Below, piece after piece: positions 1 to 7,260 of a stretch of DNA of 26,415 nucleotides. The position numbers were made by a program, and so were the translations under genes. Numbering within the stretch: position 1 is the first letter of the stretch; each line of letters starts with the position of its first letter. Origin of the DNA: Lachnospiraceae bacterium (lineage in GTDB: Bacteria > Bacillota > Clostridia > Lachnospirales > Lachnospiraceae); the NCBI GenBank assembly GCA_003489085.1, contig DNJM01000050.1:22549-48963 (forward strand), read 5' to 3'. Below the pieces are notes generated by a model that ran no database searches, was not told the DNA's origin, and was given only the letters and a program-made list of their open reading frames with translations.

Positions 1-387
1 ATAAGGTACATACATATGCAGTACGATCTCTTTTGCTCCCAGTAAATAGGCCAGATCCAGACGATTCTGTACCAACTCCACACCGGCAAGACGATTATAT
101 TCATTAAAAGATGTGTAATCCTTCCGATTGTTGTATTCCTTCCGAATTGCTGTTTTCAGGCGGCTGCCTTTTGATGCATGAAGCGACTTCGCACGCAGTC
201 CGAATTCCTGAAACCATTCCTGAAGCTGCTGCATCTCATATACAGAATAAATATATTCTCCGTCCCACTCATGGCACCAGTGTACATGTGTAAACCCAGC
301 CTCCCGAATCTGCTTTAACGTACTTCTGATCTCGTCTGTTTTTACACTTTGGCCCGCAAAATCGGATGAAATTCCTATTTCTGTCAT
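1..387 (-). CDS. Sugar phosphate isomerase/epimerase family (xylose isomerase-like TIM barrel) protein; runs off the window edge, so the C-terminus is missing
   Basis: Not in the ORF track; translated by hand from ATG at 387 (GGAG at 402-399): MTEIGISSDFAGQSVKTDEIRSTLKQIREAGFTHVHWCHEWDG...GLRAKSLHASKG...RLDLAYLLGAKEIVLHMY. The frame is open to base 1. 'IREAGF..V', 'SLHA' and 'A..LGA..IVLH' are typical of the AP-endonuclease-2/TIM-barrel family. Confidence 0.75.
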   Translation of the reverse strand, partial: MTEIGISSDFAGQSVKTDEIRSTLKQIREAGFTHVHWCHEWDGEYIYSVYEMQQLQEWFQEFGLRAKSLHASKGSRLKTAIRKEYNNRKDYTSFNEYNRLAGVELVQNRLDLAYLLGAKEIVLHMYVPY

Positions 388-455
388 TCTTATTTTGTCT
401 CCATTTCTATAGATTTATCTTTAGTATACCATGTTACTGCAGAAAAGGGAACGGA

Positions 456-1445
456 TTATCGGCCCTTCTTCCGGCTGTATTCCACAATCCTCCATTGGCT
501 TCTATACTCCATAACGATATGTACCTGCTCTTTTCGCGGCACGAGATTCTTATTATTATCTTTCAGAAAATATATCTGCACTTCAGCCGGTATCCGAATC
601 CGGTTCTTTCCTTCCTCGGCCATTCCGAAACGCACTGCCCCTACAGAGCAGTCACAGATGTCCGCATACCTTGAGAGCAAAAATCCAGGCTCCTCACAGC
701 CATACCGTTTCAGTTCTTTTTTATCTGTGACAAAATGAATCACTTTCAGCTGTGTATCCATTGCAGCCTTCATTTCCTTCACACTGATCTGCGGCCACTT
801 TTCCTTAATCTGCTTCTCCGTCTGTATTCTGGCTGCCTCCGCCCGACGTTCTCTGTAAGAATTCAGGCCATTTCTCATCAGACATAAAAGTCCGGCCAGA
901 ATCCACATCACAGGCAGCACGATAGCTACACAGAGCATGATATCTCTGAATCTATACCAGACGGTATTTATCGGTGTCGGCAGCATCATATATAACATCA
1001 CCACCGGAAACGCTGCAAGCTGATTTGCAATATAAAGATATCTCTTAAAGGAAGCTGTAAAATCCTCATGCATATAAAAAGCCGAGACCTCGCCCTCTGT
1101 CCAGGTAAGATTCGTCATACGCTGCAATGTCTTCTTATATAACATTCTGCCGTGCCGCTTAAAACTCTTTGTAATCTTTTTTTCCTGACGGACAGAAACT
1201 GCATCCTCCTCCTGATTCTGTACCCGGCCGGCACCATCCACCTGTTCAATAACCTCCCTGTATTCGATCTCCTTTTCTGCAAGTCTGGCAGCCTTCAGCT
1301 CCGTCAGACGGTAGAACTCGCCGTCCGCAATCTGGCTCAGATTTCCCTCTTCCTCCCAGTATGCCTGATACTGGCTCAGGAAATTCTGTTCCATATCTTT
1401 TATGTCCGTTTTATTCTGTTTCACTGCTTTCTTCCTCTCTTCCAT
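456..1445 (-). CDS. Hypothetical membrane protein (329 aa) with two central hydrophobic segments and soluble N- and C-terminal domains
   Basis: ORF fills the gap between neighbouring genes. Hydrophobic stretches LAAFPVVMLYMMLP and IMLCVAIVLPVMWILAGLLCL. No family confidently recognised. Confidence 0.7.
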   Translation of the reverse strand: MEERKKAVKQNKTDIKDMEQNFLSQYQAYWEEEGNLSQIADGEFYRLTELKAARLAEKEIEYREVIEQVDGAGRVQNQEEDAVSVRQEKKITKSFKRHGRMLYKKTLQRMTNLTWTEGEVSAFYMHEDFTASFKRYLYIANQLAAFPVVMLYMMLPTPINTVWYRFRDIMLCVAIVLPVMWILAGLLCLMRNGLNSYRERRAEAARIQTEKQIKEKWPQISVKEMKAAMDTQLKVIHFVTDKKELKRYGCEEPGFLLSRYADICDCSVGAVRFGMAEEGKNRIRIPAEVQIYFLKDNNKNLVPRKEQVHIVMEYRSQWRIVEYSRKKGR

Positions 1446-1571
1446 GTATATTTCTTCTCTTTTACAGAGCTATCATCTTGCAACTGCTACTATCATAACG
1501 CATTTGCGAATAAAAAAACAGAGAAACAGGCCGGTTTATTCTTATTTTATAGAAAAGAGCCGCTGTCTATC

Positions 1572-2339
1572 TTAATACCCCCATATTTCAAATGCCGTAT
1601 ACGCATGGTCATAGTGATATCCCAGCTTTTTTGCCAGTCCTACGGACCACAGATTCTGCGCATCCCAGCTTGGGTACCATCCCCGATCCAGGCATTCCAG
1701 AATCAGCCTCGCCCCGCAGGCAAATGCCAGTCCCTGGCGTCGGTACTTCATTTTCGTATCAATCTCAATTTCAATTCCATTCCAGAAGCTCGCATAAGAG
1801 GATGCTCCTGCTGCCAGTTCTTCTCCTTTCAGTACAGCCACACCAAGACCCATCTTAGCATAGGTCTGATACTCCGGATACTGCGCTACCAGATCCCGGC
1901 TCCACTCTTCGGCAAGACATCTTTCATAGAGTGCCTCATCGATCAGCTGCATCTGATATCCGGGAGGCAGCGAATCCGCTGCTTCCATCAGCCGTTTTCG
2001 ATCAAAGACATCCTTTTCCTTTAGAAACGCATAGCGGGTCACCTGCTTTGCTTTTTCTCCGTAGCATTCTCGGATGAGATGCCACCATCCTTCATGCTGT
2101 GGCACCATAATGGTAAAATTCTTTTTCCATTCCGCCGGTTTAAAACAAACCAGCTCCGGATCCGGTTCTCCTGCCAAAAAGCAAAAGTCTCCCAGCCTCG
2201 CCATTGCAGAACGCGGACACTCTGCCTGATCTGCATAAATATCCCCCATAACTCCCTGCAGGCAGGAAGTTATCAACATCTCCGGCCAATTTATGAACAG
2301 CTCCTGCGCCGCTTCTCTTTTTTCTAATTTTACTGCCAT
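1572..2339 (-). CDS. GNAT family N-acetyltransferase (PF12746-like)
   Basis: C-terminal IEIDT..KYRRQGLAFACGARLILECLDRGWYPSWDAQNLWSVGLAKKLGY contains the acetyl-CoA motif R-x-x-G-x-A and the PSWDA.N..S..LA.KLGY tail. GAGG RBS upstream. Confidence 0.85.
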   Translation of the reverse strand: MAVKLEKREAAQELFINWPEMLITSCLQGVMGDIYADQAECPRSAMARLGDFCFLAGEPDPELVCFKPAEWKKNFTIMVPQHEGWWHLIRECYGEKAKQVTRYAFLKEKDVFDRKRLMEAADSLPPGYQMQLIDEALYERCLAEEWSRDLVAQYPEYQTYAKMGLGVAVLKGEELAAGASSYASFWNGIEIEIDTKMKYRRQGLAFACGARLILECLDRGWYPSWDAQNLWSVGLAKKLGYHYDHAYTAFEIWGY

Positions 2340-2382
2340 TTTTCATCCTCATTTCTTCTAAAATAAAAGCTCATATCCCATT

Positions 2383-3708
2383 CTACGGAATAAGACGATT
2401 GATATCCCTGGGGAAAAGGGATGCATATCGTACATTTTCCTGTCCCAACAGCTTACTGGTAAACCGTTCCAGACCGAGTCCCAGCCCGCCATGTGGAGGC
2501 ATTCCATACTTATGCATCATCAGAAAGCTCTCGAAATCTTCCGCTTCCATCCCGCGGTTTTTCATTTTTTCCAGCTGCTCCCTGTAATTATGAATGCGCT
2601 GTCCGCCGGTTGTAATCTCCAGCCCCCGGAACAGTAAATCAAAGCTTAGCGTCTCTGCCGGATTCTCCCTGCTCTCCATTGCATAAAATGGTCTTTTCCT
2701 GCTCGGATAATGTGTTACAAATACGAATTCACTTCCCGTATGCTTCTGCATCCATTTACATAAAAGAGCTTCTTCTTCCGGTTCAAAGTCATCTCTTTCT
2801 CTGCTTTCTCTATGGTATTCTCCTGCGACCAGCTCCTTTGCCTCCCGGAACCGAATCGCCGGGATCGATTCCATCACCGGAAGCTTCACTCCAAGCAGAG
2901 CAAGCTCTTCCTGATATTCTTCCTGCAGCATCCTGAGCGCTGCCTTTAGCATACGGGTTTCTGTCTGCATCAGCTCTTCGAAGCCTGTGATATAGCTCAT
3001 TTCAAAGTCTACCCCGGTATACTCATTCAGATGCCGGGAGGTATCGTGCTTCTCTGCGCGGAAAACCGGTCCGATCTCATATACCTTCTCATATACGGCT
3101 GTCATCATCTGCTTATAGAACTGCGGACTCTGTGCCAGATAAGCCTGCTTGCCAAAATATTCCAGATAGAATACATTTGCGCCTCCCTCAGCACCTGCAG
3201 ATACCAGTTTCGGTGTATGAATTTCCGTAAAATGCTCCTCCTCAAAAAACGCACGAAATCCCCGGCAGATTCCTTCCTGGATTTTAAAAACAGCCCTCTG
3301 CTTTTCATTGCGCAGAGTAATCGGCCGGAAATCCAGCTGTTTTTCCAGCGATGCACTTAGCTGCTTCTGATTGATTACAATCGGCAGCTCCGCTTCCGGG
3401 GCGGACAGTACCTGCACTTCCAGCAGCCGAAGCTCGTAGCCGGCTCTGGAACGCTCCTCTTCTACCACCTGAGCCATGGCCACAATACAGCTTTCTTCCC
3501 GCAGCTCTTCCAGCGGAAACCCGGAAAACTCTTTGCTGTAAACACATTGCACGATGGCTCTTCTCATCCGCAGAAGAACGAACGCAAATCCACTCATTTT
3601 CCGCAGCTTATATACACTCCCATGAATCTGCAAGGTTTCTCCGATGTGCTTTTTCAATTCTTCTGCTTCCATTACACCCATTTTTCTGCTTCCTGTAATA
3701 TATTCCAT
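2383..3708 (-). CDS. aspS: Aspartyl-tRNA synthetase, short archaeal-type (no GAD insertion), 441 aa
   Basis: Class IIb motifs FTEIHTPKL, YLAQSPQFYKQ, GPVFRAEKHDTSRHLNEY, FDLLFRGLEITTGGQRIH, GMPPHGGLGLGLER. Start moved from 3747 to ATG 3708 because GGAGGAGG lies just upstream of it. Confidence 0.95.
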   Translation of the reverse strand: MEYITGSRKMGVMEAEELKKHIGETLQIHGSVYKLRKMSGFAFVLLRMRRAIVQCVYSKEFSGFPLEELREESCIVAMAQVVEEERSRAGYELRLLEVQVLSAPEAELPIVINQKQLSASLEKQLDFRPITLRNEKQRAVFKIQEGICRGFRAFFEEEHFTEIHTPKLVSAGAEGGANVFYLEYFGKQAYLAQSPQFYKQMMTAVYEKVYEIGPVFRAEKHDTSRHLNEYTGVDFEMSYITGFEELMQTETRMLKAALRMLQEEYQEELALLGVKLPVMESIPAIRFREAKELVAGEYHRESRERDDFEPEEEALLCKWMQKHTGSEFVFVTHYPSRKRPFYAMESRENPAETLSFDLLFRGLEITTGGQRIHNYREQLEKMKNRGMEAEDFESFLMMHKYGMPPHGGLGLGLERFTSKLLGQENVRYASLFPRDINRLIP

Positions 3709-3749
3709 ACGATTCCTCCTCCTTTCCCGTATGGTTACAATCCGCATTC

Positions 3750-3771
3750 AAAAAGGTCCACCGGACCTTTT
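3750..3771 (-). terminator. Second terminator-like hairpin in the aspS leader
   Basis: Perfect inverted repeat AAAAGGTCC-N3-GGACCTTTT with 5 U on the minus strand. Function uncertain. Confidence 0.4.
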
Positions 3772-3789
3772 CATCGCATGTCTGACAAC

Positions 3790-3835
3790 AAAAAAAGAAC
3801 CACACGGGTAACATGTAAATTTCTACCGGTGTGGT
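3790..3835 (-). terminator. Intrinsic terminator (attenuator) in the aspS leader
   Basis: On the minus strand ACCACACCGGTA...TACCCGTGTGGT pairs at 11 of 12 positions and is followed by TCTTTTTTT. It lies between the promoter and the aspS start. Confidence 0.8.
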
Positions 3836-3905
3836 CCCTATTATTCCTCCACACAGGTACAACGCTTTCAGCGCTTGTACCTGCAATTTCCTACAGCTAC
3901 AAGCG

Positions 3906-3956
3906 CTATCTATCGTCGTCCCTGTTCAGTTCTGTAAACAGTCTCTGGTTTCTCAT
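3906..3956 (-). CDS. Putative aspS leader peptide MRNQRLFTELNRDDDR (16 aa)
   Basis: ATG at 3956 with GTGAGG RBS upstream. Codons GAC GAC GAT then AGA TAG. It lies about 25 nt after the -10 box and directly before the alternative hairpins. Confidence 0.7.
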   Translation of the reverse strand: MRNQRLFTELNRDDDR

Positions 3957-3985
3957 AATAGCCGCCTCACTTTGCATTTTCAGCA

Positions 3986-4014
3986 AGTCTATCACAAATC
4001 CCCTGCTCTGTCAA
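3986..4014 (-). promoter_or_regulatory. Sigma-A promoter for leader-aspS
   Basis: TTGACA (4014-4009) - 17 nt - TAGACT (3991-3986), with extended -10 TG. Confidence 0.8.
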
Positions 4015-4023
4015 GCATTCTGT

Positions 4024-4053
4024 TTGACTTCCGGTTCGGCCGTATGATAGTAT
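4024..4053 (+). promoter_or_regulatory. Divergent sigma-A promoter for the MATE gene
   Basis: TTGACT (4024-4029) - 18 nt - TAGTAT (4048-4053) with TGn extension. Confidence 0.5.
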
Positions 4054-4077
4054 TAATCCATAAGGAGGTTGTTTCAC

Positions 4078-5388
4078 TTGCATATACAGAAAGAGTTTTT
4101 CAAATATGTTCTTCCTTCCATGCTGGCCTTCGCACTGTCCGGCGTCTACTCCATAGCAGACGGCTTCTTTGTCGGAAATGCCCTGGGCGATCAGGCATTG
4201 GCCGCGATCAACATCGCGTATCCTCTGACGGCCGTGATTCTGTCTGCCGGAACCGGTATCGGTCTGGGCGGAGCTGTGCAGTATGCCATCTGTCTGGGAA
4301 CCGGAAATACCCAAAAAAAAGACCAGTATTTTGGTCTTTCATCACTGCTGCTGGCCATAACCGGCATTTTACTGACTTTCCTGATTCTCATGACTGCGCC
4401 TTATGTTCTCGTACTGTTCGGAGCCTCCGGCGAGATTCTTGCACTGGCTGAGGAATACATCCGTTTTATTGCCTACGGCGCTGTCTTTCAGGTTATGGGA
4501 ACCGGAATGGTTCCGTTTATCCGGAATATGGGCGGAGCCATGGCTTCCATGTATGCCATGGTTGCCGGGTTTATGACCAATATCATTCTGGATTACCTTC
4601 TGGTATGGAAGCTCCCTTATGGTATGGCAGGCGCTGCAGCTGCTTCTTTTATAGGACAGGGGGTTACATTTTGGGTCTGTCTCATTTACCTGCTGCAAAA
4701 GAAGCAGAAGCTGCTTCTTCCCATGCGTTCTGAATGTTTTCTCATGCTGAAGCGGATCCTGACAGTCGGTATTTCTCCATTTGGACTGGCCTTTTCACCG
4801 AATCTGACCTTAATTTTGATCAATAAGAGTGCTGTCGTATCGGGCGGTAACTTTGCCGTTACCTGCTATGCGACCGTCAGCTACATTTCCTGTGTTGTCA
4901 TGCTTTTGCTGCAGGGCATCAGTGACGGAGCACAGCCTCTGATCAGCCTGTCCTATGGAAAAGGGGATGAAAAGACTGCGAAACAGTTCCGCAATCTTTC
5001 CTACCTCTTTTCTGCCGCCGTATCCGCCATCTGCATTCTGCTGCTCCTCCTGTGCAGAAGCCGGATTGCCGGATTATTCGGTGCTTCCGAAGCAGTTACC
5101 GCAGAAGTGTCAAAAATACTCCCACTATTTACCGTAGGCTTTCTTCTGGTCAGCTTTACACGCAGTACAACGGCTTATTTTTATGCTACGGAAAAGAATG
5201 CAGCAGCTTACCTGCTTATCTATGGAGAATCTCTGTGCCTGTTGATTCTGCTGCTGATCCTTCCTGTTCTCCTTGGTATCTGGGGAACCTGGATTTCTGT
5301 ACCTGCTTCACAGCTGTGTGTTCTGCTTCTTAGCATTGTCTTGCTCCGCTGGCCCCTGACAGCAAGGACTGCTTCTATCTCTCGATAA
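4078..5388 (+). CDS. MATE family efflux transporter
   Basis: KYVLPSMLAFALSGVYSIADGFFVGN...ALAAINIAYP, YGMAGAAAAS, GISDGAQPLISLSYG; about 12 hydrophobic segments. TTG start at 4078 chosen for its spacing from AAGGAGG (4062-4068). Confidence 0.92.
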   Translation: MHIQKEFFKYVLPSMLAFALSGVYSIADGFFVGNALGDQALAAINIAYPLTAVILSAGTGIGLGGAVQYAICLGTGNTQKKDQYFGLSSLLLAITGILLTFLILMTAPYVLVLFGASGEILALAEEYIRFIAYGAVFQVMGTGMVPFIRNMGGAMASMYAMVAGFMTNIILDYLLVWKLPYGMAGAAAASFIGQGVTFWVCLIYLLQKKQKLLLPMRSECFLMLKRILTVGISPFGLAFSPNLTLILINKSAVVSGGNFAVTCYATVSYISCVVMLLLQGISDGAQPLISLSYGKGDEKTAKQFRNLSYLFSAAVSAICILLLLLCRSRIAGLFGASEAVTAEVSKILPLFTVGFLLVSFTRSTTAYFYATEKNAAAYLLIYGESLCLLILLLILPVLLGIWGTWISVPASQLCVLLLSIVLLRWPLTARTASISR

Positions 5389-6730
5389 GAATACGGATTC
5401 TCCAGGGCGCTCTGACGGCTGCTGTTTCGGAAATTATATTCTGGTAACGGTAAATGCTAAGCATAATCCCCAGCAGGATGTAGGTTACAAGCATACCGCT
5501 CCTTCCGCCTGTAAAAAACGGGCAATATACTCCGCTCGGTATCAGTCCCAGATTGCCTCCCAGATAAAACAGAAACTGCAGGAACAGAACCGCAGCACAG
5601 CCAGCTCCCATCAGCATTCCCAACTGATTTTTCTGTCCCAGAGAAACCTTCAGAAAATGCAGAAGCAAAAATGCCAGGAGACCTGCCAGCACTACCGCTG
5701 CCAGGATTCCATAACAGGCAGCAATATAGGCCAGCACATAATCCCCACTGGCCGGAAGCAGCTGTTCTGAGGTCAGCCAGTCTGTCCCCCGACCTATTAA
5801 AGTACTTTGACGGAGCATGCCTCGCAGCATCCGGATCGTATAAGCTCCTTCATACTTCTCCGGATGCAATATCGCCAGCAGACGCATCTTCTGGTATTCC
5901 GCTCCAAACTGCCAGAGCAGGAAAGCAGCCAGTGCAGGAAGCAGCACCAGCAGCCCTCCGATTGCTGACAGCGTCTTCTTGCGCGGGATCTGAAACCAGT
6001 TTTTATATACTGCCGCACCAAAGATCAAAAGAAACGTCAGCAGCAGTATCATCCTGGTGACCAGGCCTATCCCCTGCGGCAGTATCAGAAATGCCGGCAG
6101 CATCCACACGATCCCCTTGAACAGTACTTTCCTTCCTTCTCCCCGAAATGCATAGAGCACAGCTGCATAAAGCGGTACAAAAAGAAGTGCCGTCATCTGC
6201 AGACTGATGCTTATTCTGCCTATACATATCCATCCCAGGGAACCATTGACCGTCCTTCCCCAGAACAGCTTGCCCAACAAGAGAAGCACGCACAGTCCAA
6301 TGGTAATCTGCTTTGCATACATACCAATCCGGCTGTAATCGAAAAAGCAGACGCCTATCATCACTCCAAAACCAACTCCCATCCAGAGCAGCTGTCTTCC
6401 TATTGCTCCCGGAAGGAATACGGCTTCCGGAACCTGCCGCTGGAACAGATACAGAATCAGAAATCCCACAAGACTCAATACCCCTATCAGTCCAATCATG
6501 CCCCAGGCCATCTGCGGACGATGAACCTGATCCAGTGCACTTCCGGCTTCTACCGGATCCCCCATCTCTTTTACCGCAGCCGCTTCTGCCTCCTCCTGCG
6601 CCATTCCCTGTCTGATGAATTCCTCCTTCTGATCTTCAATATGCCCCCGTACTTCATCCGCCACGCTGTCTCTCGCCCGCCTGCAGCGAATCTGCTCTGT
6701 TAGAATCTTTATATACTCCTCTGCTTTCAT
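5375..6730 (-). CDS. FtsW/RodA/SpoVE (SEDS)-like membrane protein with an N-terminal 'permease prefix' domain
   Basis: N-terminus EVRGHIEDQKEEF...EAEAAAVKEMGDPVE; then RQLLWMGVG, VNGSLGWI, LPASGDYVLAYI, PFFTGG. Start at ATG 6730 overlaps the padR stop (ATGA). Confidence 0.8.
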   Translation of the reverse strand: MKAEEYIKILTEQIRCRRARDSVADEVRGHIEDQKEEFIRQGMAQEEAEAAAVKEMGDPVEAGSALDQVHRPQMAWGMIGLIGVLSLVGFLILYLFQRQVPEAVFLPGAIGRQLLWMGVGFGVMIGVCFFDYSRIGMYAKQITIGLCVLLLLGKLFWGRTVNGSLGWICIGRISISLQMTALLFVPLYAAVLYAFRGEGRKVLFKGIVWMLPAFLILPQGIGLVTRMILLLTFLLIFGAAVYKNWFQIPRKKTLSAIGGLLVLLPALAAFLLWQFGAEYQKMRLLAILHPEKYEGAYTIRMLRGMLRQSTLIGRGTDWLTSEQLLPASGDYVLAYIAACYGILAAVVLAGLLAFLLLHFLKVSLGQKNQLGMLMGAGCAAVLFLQFLFYLGGNLGLIPSGVYCPFFTGGRSGMLVTYILLGIMLSIYRYQNIISETAAVRAPWRIRILIER

Positions 6731-7065
6731 ACAACCCCTCCTGCCAGACTCATTACATTTACAATCGCCTCTGAAAATATCTTCCACTCCTCCTGCTTCT
6801 GATCCAGGTACTTACGCCCCTCTTTCGTAATCCTGTAATACTTACGGACCTTTCCGGCTACTTCCTTCTCATACACAGTCAAAAGCAGCTTCTCCTCCAG
6901 TCCATGCAGCAGGGGATAGAGCGTTCCGGCCTTCAGCTCAAATACATTCTGCGATCGGTTCCGCAGCGTCTCTATCATTTCATATCCATACATATCCTTT
7001 TCTGACAGGAGCTTTAAGAGCAGCATTGTCGTACTTCCGGATACCAGACTTCTGTCAATCGGCAT
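6727..7065 (-). CDS. PadR family transcriptional regulator (112 aa)
   Basis: LLLKLLSEKDMYGYEMI...LKAGTLYPLLHGLE...RKYYRITKEG is the PadR signature. Start at 7065 follows AAGGAGG. Confidence 0.93.
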   Translation of the reverse strand: MPIDRSLVSGSTTMLLLKLLSEKDMYGYEMIETLRNRSQNVFELKAGTLYPLLHGLEEKLLLTVYEKEVAGKVRKYYRITKEGRKYLDQKQEEWKIFSEAIVNVMSLAGGVV

Positions 7066-7078
7066 TTCTTTCCCTCCT

Positions 7079-7137
7079 TTATATCGATTATCTATATATC
7101 GTAAGCTCATTATATATCGGTCATCGATATATGTCAA
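7079..7137 (-). promoter_or_regulatory. Consensus sigma-A promoter overlapped by two candidate PadR operator boxes
   Basis: TTGACA (7137-7132) - 17 nt - TATAAT (7114-7109). Perfect IR ATATATCG-N5-CGATATAT at 7112-7132; degenerate copy TTATATCG-N5-CTATATAT at 7079-7099. Confidence 0.8.
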
Positions 7138-7260
7138 CAGGAAATACCTATTCCTGGAATGACTTCACATTTTAACTGTTTTTCCATGCATTAGACCAAT
7201 TACAACTTTTTTCATTTATGGTATACTTTTCATAGAATTTTAGAGGACAGAGGTGCCGTT

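Noticed and set aside
1152-2024. 290-aa plus-strand ORF
   Set aside because: It overlaps two better-supported minus-strand genes and their intergenic region, and has a low-complexity F/L/I composition typical of shadow ORFs.
3780-3990. T-box riboswitch upstream of aspS
   Set aside because: Expected for a Firmicute aaRS, but there is no AGGGTGGNACCGCG T-box and no recognisable stem I specifier or AG/GNUG motifs. The region is better explained by a leader ORF plus alternative hairpins.
3547-4451. ORFs 3547-4047(+), 3608-3886(-), 3831-4451(+) and 3967-4314(-) across the aspS/MATE intergenic region
   Set aside because: No RBS or protein-like features; they overlap promoters, the attenuator and real genes.
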